A DNA stretch of 64,000 bases from positions 105,276,001 through 105,340,000 of the forward strand of contig NC_135655.1 of NCBI RefSeq assembly GCF_964188315.1, read 5' to 3'. Shown piece by piece: positions 48,767 through 62,284 of the stretch. This DNA is from Podarcis muralis. Taxonomy: Eukaryota. The stretch's first letter is position 1; the number at the start of each line of letters is the position of its first letter. The position numbers and the translations under genes were made by a program. The notes under the pieces were generated by a model. It saw only the letters and a program-made list of their open reading frames with translations, did not search any database and was not told where the DNA came from.

Positions 48767-49825
48767 CCCTCCATACATCTAGGAGTTGGCGGAACAGACT
48801 GGAGGTTTAAGCACTCTCTCTGTTTTTATATAGAGATTTCTATCCTGTCCTTCTAGTACCTGTGTGCTATGATGCAGCTCTTCCTTTCACTGCTGACCCA
48901 GAACATAAAAGCCATGTCGTGGCAAGGAGACAGCTGCCCATTATTCAGAAAAGGGCTGAGAGCAACTGAACTTTCGCACACAGGCCAACAAGCAGACCCC
49001 AGCCAGTGACAGCCAGCTTTTGAACACTACCCACCTTGCCTAGTCCAAGGTGAATTTATAATCTTCTTTGCCATCTGTATTCGAGATGCTTTTCATTGTG
49101 AGGAGCTAAATCTTTTTCCTTTTTTCTTTTTTCTCTGTACAGCTTTTCTGTGTGTTTGCTTTTGGCAAAACGGATCCTTGCTTCCTTTCAACATCCAGAG
49201 TTTAGAAAGCAACAGGACACTAAATTAAATATATGCTTAAAGCTTCGTCCTAGGCATGTTTACTCAGAAGCAAGTCCCATTGTGTTCAGTGGAGCTTATT
49301 CTCTAGTGTATTTTTTTTTTAAGATTGCAGCCTTTAAAACAGTTTTTAAAAATCATAAAATTATACATATGCTACCTTTGGGCACCTAAGGTGATTCACA
49401 ATATCATAAAAACCAAATAGGCAGCACATTAACAGCTATTAAAAAGGTAAGCTAAGAAAACCAGGTTGGGGAAGCACTTATTTAACAAAAAAGTGGATTT
49501 TTAAAAGCTGTTTAAATATTATACCCTCTTCTGAGATGAGGGTGTTAGACATTTTGGGAGCCACCACAGAAAAGTCTCTTCATTGAACCTGCCAATCAGT
49601 TTGACCACATAGGTGGGCACATGAGCAAGGTCTTCACGCTGGGCAGGTTCTTAAAAGTGCAGGTAATCATTTAAATAACCCTTTTAGCTTCTGTGTTCCC
49701 TGGAGTACACTTACTTTTTGTCCCTATGTGCTGCAGTACAGGAAATTATCTTTTACATAGATAACCCTTCCATGCAGAAAAACTCTCTGTACTCCCAGCA
49801 TTCACTTCTGTCTGTGACAACTGTA

Positions 49826-50194
49826 AAGGACTTTGGGCTTGCGGTGCTCATCTCGCTTTATTGGCCGAGGGAGCCGGCGTACAGCTTCCAGGGCTTGCGG
49901 CGCTCATCTCGCTTTATTGGCCGAGGGAGTCGGCGTACAGCTTCCAGGTCATGTGGCCAGCATGACTAAGCCGCTTCTGGCAGACCAGAGCAGCGCACAG
50001 AAATGCCGTTTACCTTCCCGCTGGAGCGGTACCTATTTATCTACTTGCACTTTGACGTGCTTTGACTGCTAGGTTGGCAGGAGCAGGGACTGAGCAACGG
50101 GAGCTCACCCCGTTGTAGGGATTCGAACCGGTGACCTTCTGATCGGCAAGTCCTAGGCTCTGTGGTTTAACCCACAGCGCCACCCATGTGTCCC
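49826..50194 (-). mobile_element. Sauria SINE with a 56-bp internal tandem duplication and a shortened tail
   Basis: TSD gtgacaactgta at 49814-49825 and 50195-50206. Duplicate units at 49835-49890 and 49891-49946. Confidence 0.92.
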
Positions 50195-51049
50195 GTGACA
50201 ACTGTACATATGTCAATTTTGTTTTGTATATATGTAAGGTGACACCGTGCTAGGAGCCAGATTCCTGTTACATGTACATATTTTGAAACAGACAATACAT
50301 ACATTAGTTGCATGCTAGAGTTTAGGTGTTATTTATTCCAGAGGAAACCAAATTTCCATGTTAAAAAAACCTTGGTCGTACAAAGCAGGCCAGTTTATCA
50401 CTTGGCCTTCTCATGTTAACAACGCTCTAGATCACATTTTTATTTATTGGGGGTCATTACCCGAGAGGTAACAAGGCAGAGGTTTATCTAACATTAATTT
50501 ATATGTGCTTCCATTTACTGAGAACTGATTTCTTTAAATATAATGTTCCTGGCATAGTTTGCCAGAAGGGGTGGCAGTGAAGGGGATAATAGAAACAGAG
50601 ACAGATAACTCCTAATTAAATGTAAAGACCTTGCTGGCAGCTCCCTTTCCTGCGCTTCTGTTTTTATCCTGTGCATGAGGCAAAACATAACATATTGCAT
50701 AAGAGAGAGAGAGGTGGTACTGTAGTATTGTTCTTATTCCTGCCCCTTATACCTTCATTGTGTGCTACCTATAGGTAATCATGTAGCATTCAGGGGAAAC
50801 TGATTTTGCTGGCTCCTACTGTTCCTACATAGCCATGGTCTCTTGTGAAAATGCTGCAAAATATTCCATGAGTACATGAAGGGAAACATGCTTCTAGGGA
50901 AGATCAACAGAGAATCAAATTACTGTAGAGATAATAGCCATTTTGACATCAGTTGAGAGGTGCACAGTGCTAAGATTGTTCATTAAAAAAATAGTTTGAT
51001 TTCAATAGCTCACATTCAATAGCTTAAGCACATTATTTCATACTTGATA

Positions 51050-51640
51050 TATTGAAGAGCACTGTTCCATCAGATCTAAATTCGTTCCGATAGAAAATAA
51101 GCAATATCCAAGTTTCTGAAAACCCCATACTGACTGGGTTCTTCCCACAGCTCTTATACCTCATAATTTTTAATCACCAAAATCTTCCACTTTCATTGAT
51201 CAGTCTTCCTGTTCTTAACGTGTCATCCCAAAATATTCATGTCTCTTCTTATTTGGTACTTTACCTGTCCCAAAAACATTGTGATGAGATTTGTTTGTAG
51301 TTCAGCTCCCATAACTTCTTTAATAATTTGATTAATCTTTTTTCCAAAATTCTTTAATCAGACTATAGTCCCACCATATATAAACATAGCACATTTAGAG
51401 CTGTTGCTTGTTCAGTATCTCTCCAATATTTTAGGAAACATTTTTTTAACCACTTGACTGTTGTATAATACCTCCTTTGAATTATTTTATAGAAACTCCC
51501 CTTCAGTTTTATACTTATTACATTGCTTGTCCCTGGTACACATAAAGAATTCCAAGTTTCATATGATACGGTGAGATTGAATTTCTTATCTCAGTTATGT
51601 TGTGTAAAGCAAATACAGTACTGACATTATCTGCGTCTAA
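51050..51640 (-). mobile_element. Ancient L1-like ORF2 C-terminal remnant (boundaries approximate)
   Basis: Minus strand reads YIWWDYSLIKEFWKK and INQIIKEVMGAELQTNLITMFLG, resembling the L1 H-x-W-W-x-C...FW motif. Degraded. Confidence 0.6.
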
Positions 51641-51904
51641 GCTCTTGTAAAACTTAAGAGAACAGACCTTTTAGTTATCCAAAGGATAATAATTTTTCAA
51701 CCATGTAGGATTCTTAATTATAGCTACCCCACTGATGCAGAAGCCTCAACTGGAAGGAGCTCTTCAGTGCACCTGTTAAACTGCCAGAAGTGGCGGTCGC
51801 CAACATAAACACCCAGAACGGGGGTTATACTCCCCACCACCTTCCTCATCTTTTAATAGGCAGACTGTCCCACCCCTTCCAGTGTCCAGTTCAGATTTAC
51901 CAGG

Positions 51905-52080
51905 TCTCAGAACAGGTCTTGGAATTTGCTGCCAAGGAGTGTGGTGGAGTCTCCTTCTTTGGAGGTCTTTAAGCAGAGGCTTGACAACCATATGTCAGGA
52001 GTGCTCTGATGGTGTTTCCTGCTTGGCAGGGGGTTGGACTCGGTGGCCCTTGTGGTCTATTCCAACTCTATGATTCTATG
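51905..52080 (+). mobile_element. CR1 LINE 3' end, 5'-truncated
   Basis: gtggtggagtctccttctttggaggtctttaagcagaggcttgac...ttccaactctatgattctatga, with the CR1 ATTCTAT-type tail. Confidence 0.85.
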
Positions 52081-52925
52081 AGTCTGTTTTCAAAACCAAA
52101 GCCCATGTCCTGGACTATGCAAGCTAAAGTAACTCTAAATATATATGCAGGGTGCCTTTCCTTACTCACTTACCAGCTGTGTTTCCCCAGAGTTAGAATT
52201 CAGATGCACTTTGCATCCAATCTCATCCTTGACACAGGGTTTTCAAGGTAACCAGTCAGTCCACAGACCTTTCTCTCCAGAAATAATCCATTCCTGCTTC
52301 CTCTCCCCTTCCTTGTTCTAACATGACAATTGACAAAATAAAGATACCCCACAATTTAAATAACTACTGCAACTTCTCAACCCAGTAGGAAACTTTCAGT
52401 TTTCAATATTCATCTTTTCACTGGACCTGTTAAGTCCCTTCAAAGAGAGCTTATTCAGTTCTTAGTATTATTATTACTACTAGTTACTATTGGCTGGCCT
52501 GGCAAAGTCGTACGTACAGCCATCTGTGTCCTATGGAAATAAAGCAAGAGGGGAAACCTCTAATCTGGGGCCCAAATGCAACCCTCCAAAGGTTTCTCTG
52601 TTTGGCTTTAGGGACTGTCTCCAAGCCACACGCCTCACCAGCCCTGCTTCTCTGGTTCTTTTGCCTGGCTAGAAAAGGTCCTTGAATTATGATACTGCCT
52701 CTTGCTTACCTTGATGTGGGTATGTTTGTGTGAACGTGTATATGTAAATTTCTGGGTTTCGCATGGCTGGAATGTAGCCTATTGTATAGAGATCAGAGTC
52801 GACTCAGTTGCCCTGCACACATTTTGGCCTTTGGGCTTGCCCACTACTGGCATTGGCCCCTGGAAAGTTGTTCATGAGGGAATTCGCCCCTTGGGCTGAA
52901 TAAGTTTCCCCAACCCTGAACCCCC

Positions 52926-53032
52926 AGAATCATAGAATTGTAGAGTTGGGAGGGACCACCAGGGTCATCTAGTCCATCCCCCTGCAATTCAGGAATCTTC
53001 TGCCTTATGTGGGGCTCAAACCCATGACCCCA
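52926..53032 (-). mobile_element. tRNA-Lys/CR1-tail SINE, 5'-truncated
   Basis: Reverse complement of the 39666 family. Confidence 0.75.
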
Positions 53033-54996
53033 AGAAAATGCAACCTTGTTTTTGTTGCCTCCCAGCTTCCTGCATGACACTTGCATGCTTAAGGGAGCAC
53101 GAAACCTGGGTGTGCAGCTGCTTCCTGTACGCCAGAGAGAGCCTGAAGCTCAGTCACAAGGTAAACAAAACAGAAGCGGCCCTAGCCCTGAGGGCTTTGG
53201 AATGATGAGAGGACAACCTGAAGCTTTCTTTTATCTTCTCACAGAGAAGATTATGGGTTAGCTGTTTAACTCAACCGTATAGGAAGATTGGCAGTGAAAC
53301 CTCAACAGGCTGCAACAGGCCACCCACCCAGCAGTTGTTTAAAAAAGCATTTTGACGTTTAGAGGCGATGTAATTGAGAGGGTAGGGAGAAAGTGCAACA
53401 TAATGTTCTCTGTGGTGCTGGCAGTTTAATAGCAGAAGAAGGAAGGAGAATGCATTTGTCTTTGTGTTGGTTTATCTTCCTGCTTGATCTATTCACCAGA
53501 TGCTGCCCTTTCACTGAAAATTGCTTAAATGAGATCCCTTTGAAAGGAGAGGTTAAAAGCAATGCAAGCAGAAAGGTAGAAAGGTGCTGCCCTTTCCTTT
53601 GCCATTTGAATACCTAATTCTCCCTGCACTGTTTCCCCCCCCTCAAGCGTTCAGTGCATCCCTATATGTGTCTACTCAGAAGTAAGGGAAAAGTGGGTAT
53701 AACAGGGATAGGGACCCTCTGGCCCTGCGGATGTTGAACTTCAACTCCCATCCACCCGGACTAGCACAAGGGATGATGGGAGTTTTAGCCTAGCAAAATA
53801 TATTTTGTCTTTTTTCCAATACGGCATTTTTCAAAGCACCATTTTCCCTAATCTAGAAGACTGTCCAGAGGAGGTGATGAGGGAATCGCCTCATTTAGAA
53901 CATTTTTCAAAGCCCAAGCAAATGCCTAGCAAGTGAACTCCCAGCAGGTATGCTGTTGTTATAAGTATTTCAGTTAATTATATGCTCCTTTTATCTTACT
54001 CTTGCATATTGGAACAGTTGCTGGACTGAAGGCACATTTCAGATTCTTCTCTTCTTCCATTTAGACAGGCACCGAAGACGCGTCTATTTCAGCAGGGTGT
54101 TTTGGCTCTTTAATTGTTGCTGCATTTAATCATTCAGTTTTATAAATGTTGTTTCTATGAGTACTATTATGTACGCTTTAATTGTGATACTTTCTTGCTT
54201 TGCATATTTATGGCTTTTTGCCATGCCTATAGCTGTTGTGAGTTATAAATAGTTGTAAATAGGAACACAGAAATCTGCCTTATAACAGATGTGACTTTTT
54301 GTTCATGCATACATATATTTTTTGGTATGCCACTTTTCCACAGTTCAAAACATGCTCAAGGTGGCTTACCACATGAAAAAAATACAATGTGACAAAAGTA
54401 GTCATAAACAATAAATAAAACAATTAAAACACACAACCAAACTGAACAATTTTCACATAAATAGCAAGAATATCTAAAATAAAGATACAAAAACACAATA
54501 GCAGCAACAGCAGCAACAATCCCCAAATAACAACCCAGGCCAAGAGTCTGTTCCACAGCCTCAGCTTTTGCAGCTGGACTCAGTCAGGGCCCCAGGGCCA
54601 AGTGGGAAACAGCTGCAAGGCAGGGAGCAGGTCTTCCACGACTCACAGCCAAGATGGGCTCTAGCACCATCAACTTTGACTGGCAGCAGTTCTCCAGCAA
54701 CTTAGACTGAAGCCTTTTCTGGCACTAAGCATGTAGGAAGACTCAGTTTTAAATGGGTTTAGCCATGGCCTTTGGTGGTTCTGATCCAATCAAGCGTCAC
54801 TAACATCAGAATGCCTCCTATAGCAAGCACCCACTTATGTTAGCACCACTTTTGCACTGGCAGTATATTATTGTTTTCAAAAAGCATGACTAATTATATA
54901 CAAACATATGTGGAAAAGGTATATAATACATAAGGGCCAAGCCCCATGCTGAACTCTATTTTTGCAAAATAATTTTATAAGTATCCTATTTTATAT

Positions 54997-55237
54997 CATG
55001 GTACCTTGGCTTACAAACACCTCAGGTTACAAACACTTCGGGTTACAGACTCTGCTAACCTGGAAGTAGTACCTTGGGTTAAGAACTCTGCTCCAGGATG
55101 AGAGCAGAAATCGTGTGCCGGCCGCACGGCAGCAGTGGAAGGCCCCATTAGCTAAAGTGGTACCTTAGGTTAAGAACGGTTTCAGGTTAAGAATGGACCT
55201 CCGGAACGAATTAAGTTCGTAACCAGAGGTACCACTG
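54997..55237. mobile_element. Tigger/pogo-like MITE (inverted relative to the 26368 copy)
   Basis: Aligns to the 26368 copy and ends gaggtaccactg+TA. Confidence 0.85.
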
Positions 55238-56989
55238 TACTGTTATATGCAATGTTGTATATCTTTTTATATGCTGGTTGCTTTAGGAAACAGGAGTGTA
55301 TATGCATATCACATGTTATGTCTAATAATGAATATAATAATGAATATAATGTTATTAGCAGAAATGGGTGCGGGGGACTTCCTTGTCAACATTAGGGAGT
55401 GAGACAGGAATTGGGGGGGGGGGAATCTGTGTGTGTTTCAGCTCAACATTGAGATATGCAGGAAATTATATCCCTGTACATCAAATTTTTCAGGAATTGA
55501 ACCCAGGATCTTCTGCTTGCACAGCATGAGCTGTACCATTGAACGGTGGCCTCCAGTATATGTGTTTTGAATGCAATCTACAGAAAAAGAGAATACAAAT
55601 TCACTGAAACAAACTTTCTCATTTCTTTTTACTGTTTTGAGTTGTGAGCTGTTCGCTTGGGTTTTTAGCATTGTTGTGAGCTGTGAATCCTTCCCATTCA
55701 CATGGAACTTTCTTCAGCATAAATATACATAGGCCTGGGCAGATGGTCAGCAAAAAATGCCTCCTAAAATGTTGACAAATCATTATCAGACACCATTCTA
55801 GCTGACAGCATAGAGCTGGGCTTTCCTTTCAAACTGCTGGCCGGCCCAATACTGTGGCTCACTAGAAATGATCACAAACCATAACTAACTTTCACAGGCT
55901 TTCCCTGTTCCAAAAAGCAGTATTTCTTCCTTTTATGCAAACACTGACTGCTGACATGATTGATTGTGCACTGTAAATGCCAGAGGCCTTGGTCACAGGG
56001 AAAGCAAAGCCGCAGGATGCTCTTTAGACCTTAGTGTAATAAAGAGAAAAAGACAGTAAGTCAAAAGGTCTGCAAAACTACTGTGAGTTTCATCAGAGCT
56101 TTGATGGATGTTTTAAAAAGTGTTCAAATTGCTTCTGAGCAGAACATGACCAAGTGTGAAGAAGAACACCCTGGGAATGGATTGTGTCTGTGAGCAAGTG
56201 GTGGAAGTTGTTTGACTTGCACCATTATGGTGGAAGCTATTGGTTATTGTGTCAGTTGTTTTGTATGATACCTGTGGATGTTGGAAGGTGGGTAGGACAG
56301 GGATGGGGACCCTCGGGCCCAGGGACCACATGCAGCCCTCCAGGCCTCATAATTTCCTCTTGCCGGCCCCGCTTCACATCCTAAGTGTTCTTGCCTGGCT
56401 GAAATGTTTCCTTGAACTCTTCTAATGATTCATGCTTGTCTGGATGGAGGGGAGAGAGTGGAGGTGAGTGCGTGTAGAAACTAGCCTACTGTACAGAGGT
56501 AGAATTCACACTCATTGCTCCTCCCACTTTGGCCTTGAACACACATGACTGCACACACGCTGGGTAGCCTACACATTTATGATTAATTGCCATAGTAGTC
56601 CTTTGTCATTATGTTGAGTCTGATTGTGAATATGGGCTAGGGAAGTGCCATTACCAAGGAGAGAACTCTAGCAGTGCGTTGTTGTTGTTGTTTTTAAAGA
56701 AGTTTTAAAGACTCATGGAGAACAATGAAAACCTGCCAGTTCCCAGCAGAAACCTTTCCCCAGGAAATTAAATACCAGATCTCTCAAGGAAGCTGTCAGC
56801 AAGATAACCTCCAGTGCATGTGGAGCGGAAAAGTCAAATGTTTGCTCTTCAGCTAGGAGGTTCTGGAAATGTTTTAAATGGTCCCCCCTTCTCCTAAAGC
56901 AAAGAGAGATTTAGTAAGTATTTTTTTTAAAAGGCAATGCAAGCATGTTCTCAGGGCGGTGAGTATCTGGAGAACAGTCTCGGAAAGAT

Positions 56990-57189
56990 TGCTTGTTGAG
57001 TGGTCCAGTTGACAGAGGACCAGTTCCTCTGTTGCTTGATCTTGATCATCTTCCCAGTCTTCTCCCTCTTCTCCCAGTGACCACTCATTGTTGTCCTACC
57101 ACCACTCCCTGGGCTCTGAGCTTTCTTCCCTTGGTGGTTTCCCAGCTGATTCCTCCCACCATCCCTCTGTGTCCAACCAGCTCATGACA
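56990..57189 (-). mobile_element. Probable LTR fragment (Gypsy-like), 5' end TGTCATGAG
   Basis: Minus strand starts TGT and is purine-rich (gaggaatcagctgggaaaccaccaagggaagaaagctcagagccc), resembling recalled lizard LTR repeats. Confidence 0.4.
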
Positions 57190-57285
57190 GCCACAGAGCT
57201 CACTGGTGCTGCTCCAGCCTCTCTCCGAGTTCTTTTGCCTGGCTGGATCAGTGCTTATGCAGACTAGATTCAAACACCATGTTGG

Positions 57286-57452
57286 AAACGTAGGGAGCTG
57301 CCTTCCACAAGGTCAAGCCAAATTAGGCATGGTTTCTTCTGGGTCTCAGGCAGCAGTCTTTCCCAGCCTAATCTGGAGAGAACAGGGCTTGAACCTGGGA
57401 TCTTTTGCATGCAAAGTCATGTACTCTACCACCGAGCTATGGCCTTTCCCCC
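57286..57452 (-). mobile_element. Squam3-like SINE
   Basis: Head ...gaacctgggatcttttgcatgcaaag...tctaccaccgagctatggcctttcccc. Confidence 0.75.
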
Positions 57453-58641
57453 ATAGTCTTTTCTAATCCATGTTTTATCGAAGCAGTGAAACATATGTTT
57501 GAAAGATAGTATTGGGCTGAGAAAGTTACACATCTACATCTATTGCTTCAGCAAGGTTGAAGAGCCCATGAAGAGCTCCCGAGAGATTCAGTGGTAAAAG
57601 TCAACTGCAACCATGTGGCACAGCTTTGTGCCAATGTAGAACTGTGTGGGTGGCATGCAGTTCCCCCCAGCAGCCTATTTGAATGTTTCTCTTGCTGTTC
57701 TAGCAGCTAGTCACATAAATTGAGACTGTAATTGCATTGTTAACCCAAATGAGACCACCACAAACGAGAATGTGGAGAGAGGAAAAACAGTGTCGCCTCC
57801 TTGGGGGGATGAGGCTATGGCCAACGCTGGATGAGACATTCCAAGGAAAGGGATGTCATTGCACAATTACTATAATAAGAGAGAGAATTAAGTGCTTCAT
57901 TTAAAGATCATGCTGTGCTGAAATGTCCTGCCTCTGCTTCATTAGTAAGGCATCAAAGCTCTCATTTCCCAAGTGATAGATTTTAGTTTACCCCAAGATG
58001 TGTAGATATATAGCCATTTCCCTGCCCTTTTCATTTTCACAGGAGTTGAAGGCAGCAATGGCATGATACATTTGGAAGCATGGTAACTGTATACTTAATT
58101 TCATCCCTCAACAGTGCCTTTTCTGCCCATGGTCTGGTTGCAGTTGATAAATCCATTAATTGCTAGGTGAAGCTACTTAAGTCAGTTTCCACATACAGTA
58201 CTTTGTTTTATCTAGTACACTACCTAAAATGAATCTCCAGCTTTGCTAATGTAAAAATTGCTGTGTTTCTATTTTACTGCTGCTCCACAAGGAACCTATG
58301 TGCCGCATGGCTTTATAAAATATATTTTTAAAAATAGGGAATCAGCCTATGACCTGGTTCGCAGATAACACTAAGCCAATGTATGAGTTTGAAGTTTTCC
58401 AGAGAGCCAATTATGACTGGTTTGCTCTCTCTCCAGTCCTGCTGCTGTTGTGCTGCTGTGAGCTAAGCCATGGTTTGGTTTAGCATGTTGTCCAATTCAG
58501 ACTTAACTGTCTAGGGGTCACTTACCTTTAGTATTACCTATGTTAAGTGAATTGCTAATTGTGTGTTATATTATAATGTACAGCAATTACTGTGATATTG
58601 TAATGTCTTTCATATATTTATGTACTCTTATTGTAGACTTT

Positions 58642-59002
58642 AGGGACGCGGGTGGCGCTGTGGGTAAAAGCCTCAGCGCCTAGGGCTTGCTGATCGAAAG
58701 GTCGGTGGTTCGAATCCCCGCAGCGGGGTGCGCTCCCATTGTTCGGTCCCAGCGCCTGCCAACCTAGCAGTTCGAAAGCACTCCCGGGTGCAAGTAGATA
58801 AATAGGGACTGCTTACTAGCGGGAAGGTAAACGGCGTTTCCGTGTGCGGCTCTGGCTCGCCAGAGCAGCGATGTCACGCTGGCCACGTGACCCGGAAGTG
58901 TCTCTGGACAGCGCTGGCCCCTGGCCTCTTGAGTGAGATGGGCGCACAACCCTAGAGTCTGTCAAGACTGGCCCGTACGGGCAGGGGTTCCTTTACCTTT
59001 AC
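58642..59002 (+). mobile_element. Sauria SINE, second subfamily, full length
   Basis: Near-identical to the 40876 copy. 15-bp TSD cttattgtagacttt at 58627-58641 and 59003-59017. Confidence 0.95.
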
Positions 59003-60542
59003 CTTATTGTAGACTTTGCTTTGAACTGTTTTGAGCACAGATGTTTTTGTGGAAAACGTGGTGTATAAATAAATTAACTACGACTATTGTTTTAGTCATT
59101 GATAGAATCTACATGGTATCTAAATTCTAGAAACTACCAGAGCCGTGCAAGACTGCCCCCTCCATCATGGCACTGTGGGATAGATAAGGAGTGGTATATT
59201 CAACCTTGGACTGAGGAGGGTCTTCCTATCTTTCAGTAGCAACCACTATGAATGGCTTTGGTGTTGACAGACCTTCTTAATCAACAGGAGCAAGTGGGGT
59301 CTTAAAGACAGGAGAGTTGCACTGATTATGGGGAACCTAATGGCTGTAAATTTCAAAAGCATGTAAACATATTGGAGCCCATAGAGTACAGTATGGATAG
59401 ACTATCGGGAGGAACCACACTGATAGAATGGATGTCTAGTCGTGTAACCTATATAGTTTTGATGATCAGCAATGACTCCTCTGTATCATTGGAAGATAAC
59501 CCTTTTTATCTCTCTTTCAAAAACTGATAACAAACAAACAAGAGGCTTGTGTTCATCCCCTCCCCATTGAAATACCTGCTCTGAGAGTTGAGCATGAGCA
59601 TTCTTAAGCTAAGCCATCTCTGTTTTATTTATCTTAGTTGCACTTGCTCAACCCATTTCCCCTCCTTGAACTTGCAAAGGCTCACTATGACAGAACTAAT
59701 TTCCCTTGTACACAGGCTATTTGCACACATGAGAAAAGGGGATTGATCTCAATTAGACTGAAGTGCAAAGACATCACACTACTTCTAAAAGGCTTATAAT
59801 CAGGTTGTTTGAGAAGAGTGCAATTATTCATTGACTGGTCTCCTGAAATGATTCAGAAAATAAACGAGCACCAGAATTGGCCCCTGTGTGGTCCCAGAGA
59901 CGCAGGCAGGATTAAGATAATCTTCTAGTGTGAGAGTCTGAATTATTCTTAACATAAAGGGGGGTGGAAATCAATCCTATCATGAGTGGTTGACATGGGA
60001 GCAAAATGCATATTCCTCTTTATTCAGCTGTAAATCCACTCCCCCTGGTAGTCTTATTGATCCTGAGCCTATTTGAAACTGTCAATCACTTTCAGATAGG
60101 TAACTGAGTTGTCCTAGCAGGTGAGGATTTATTTAATTCCAGATTTTGTAGTTATAATTGCCTGCAATGAAATAACCACTGGGTCATTTATCTGCTGTCA
60201 GAAATTCACATAGGACTTAATCTGTCTAGTTTTCTAATGACACAGAAAAACAGTGCATTGTTAATTTATTTTGGCAGATGTCCTGGGTATACTTACCTGG
60301 GAGTAAGCTCCATTAAACTCAGTGACTCAGTAGACCAGCATAGGACTCTGCTATCATTCACTGATATATTTGTTCTATCTTTGTCCCACTTTTAATAAGC
60401 ATTAGAAATTCCAATTTGCCACAAATTGTATTTCACCTTTAGGTTGAAGATAGCTAAACTCAGCCTTTCTCTAAAAGTAAGAACAGTTAGAAAATTTGAA
60501 GAAACTGAGTTCATCTATTTTGTGAAGTGAAAGATTGGTATG

Positions 60543-60544
<2 letters not shown>

Positions 60545-60586
<42 letters not shown>
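60545..60586. repeat. (ATTT)n microsatellite
   Basis: Direct reading. Confidence 0.9.
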
Positions 60587-60587
<1 letters not shown>

Positions 60588-61390
60588 AGAATGCTCTAAA
60601 GGTGCAAGAAGATTGTAAGAGCATTTTGTCCCAGGGTAGAATGTTGAAAGTAAAAACAGAAGTCTGGATTGAAATTAGAAGATTCTTTTTCCAGCTTGGT
60701 ACAACACATCGCTTATAAGCATGTTCATTTATTATCATGATCTAGTTTTTCAGTGAGAGCTGGCCACTTGCTACATTGTTTTGAGCTTTCTCTCTGATTT
60801 CTGTGACTCAGTCTGTGGTTTTCCTGAAAATGTTGCCCTATTGCAGTCCAGAATCTGATGCTGGATCAAGAAAGTTAATGTCCTCCTTAATGACTTCACC
60901 CTGTCCCTTAGTGAGGTTTGAGCGAGTGCTTGTCAGGTGTGTGTGAAAGTTGAGATAGCAGTTTTTGCCATTTTGAATCCAGAAATAGGGAGATAGGAAG
61001 AGCTGCGGGTTGGCTGTTTGCCTCCAGCTAACACGCCACTTCTTTGCAAATAAATCAAATACTACAAAAACACTTTGAAACTCCAGTGCTCACTTGTCCA
61101 AAGAGAACCCTGCCCAGTGGTGCTGCCCTGGGGACTTCTCATGAAAGTGGTGAGAGTGTGATAGTATTTTCTTTTCATGACATTTCTTTATAATTGGCTT
61201 ATAATTAGTGTAAGATGCTCTTCCTTTCTTTAAATGTAGAGATGTTCTATCCTCTGAAAATAGAAATAAATGAACTTGTTAATTGGGGGGCAGGGGGAGA
61301 AGTGTTACAGTATTTCCATTATTCCCAAGATTTATCACAGCACACATTGATTAGTATCTAATGTTTGTAAATAGCTTCCCCTAAAAATTA

Positions 61391-61678
61391 GGGAACGGGA
61401 TCTGTAAGCTCATTGGTGGAGCATCTGCTTTTCATACAGAAGGTCCCAAATTCAATCCCTGATATCTGTTTATTCCTATACCTATTTATTCCTGCATTGC
61501 AGGGGGCTTGGACTAGATGACCCTTGGGGTCCTTTCCAACTCTACTATTCTGGGGTATGACTGGGGAAAAGCTCCCATCAAACATCCCAGAGAGCCTTTC
61601 CCAGTCATTGCAGACACTAGTGAGCTTGATGAATCAATGGCCTGGCAGACTATAAAGCAGCTTTCTGTGTTCCTAAAC
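61391..61678 (+). mobile_element. Squam3-like SINE with a CR1-type tail segment inserted at ~61478-61552
   Basis: Head ctcattggtggagcatctgcttt..cagaaggtccc, tail aaagcagctttctgtgttccta. Confidence 0.7.
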
Positions 61679-62284
61679 ATTTTCCAGCATCTAAAGGGGG
61701 AAATGTTTATTTGTTTATCCTTTTTTTCTATTTGAGGAATATGTATGAATTCAAGCCATCTGAAATCTTCTCCCAGTTTAGTAGAGGGAGGTGATATTAC
61801 ATACCTCCCTTGAAGGGGTTTTCTGGGGAATATTCAGTCTGGCCCATATAATGTGCTGCATTTTTTATCTGCAAAAAGTTGGCGCAGAAACATCAGACTT
61901 CAGTTTTCATTGGCGAAAAGCTCCTCTGTGTAACAATGCGTCTCTTTGCAGAGAATATTAATGCTCAGTCAGGAATGGGATAGTGTTAATACTATATAAA
62001 ATATACATAAACATATCATTTGCCTAAGAAGGATTAATACAGTTGAAATGCAGAGATCCGCTGGTCGTCAAAGGGCACAGCTCACCTAATAGTTCTGATT
62101 TGGTTGAATAGTCAGATGTGTTTGGTGGATTTGTCCCCAAAACCAGAAGAAATAGTGGAGTGTCTTTTGTCATTTGCAGCCCCTTGGGAACCACTTGTAC
62201 CTATCACAAATGATTACTCTGTCGTGCATGTTATTTCTCTCCAAGGCTCATGATTAAGCACTGTCATTGAGTTGTAGGCAATCC

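Noticed and set aside
8341-58949. Recurrent ORFs such as MASMTKPLLANQ... and MCAHLTQEA...
   Set aside because: These are translations of Sauria SINE copies, not a gene family.
60289-60300. atacttacctgg, the U1 snRNA 5' end
   Set aside because: No further U1 similarity. The context matches a common short squamate repeat also seen near 10262, 49245 and 53655.
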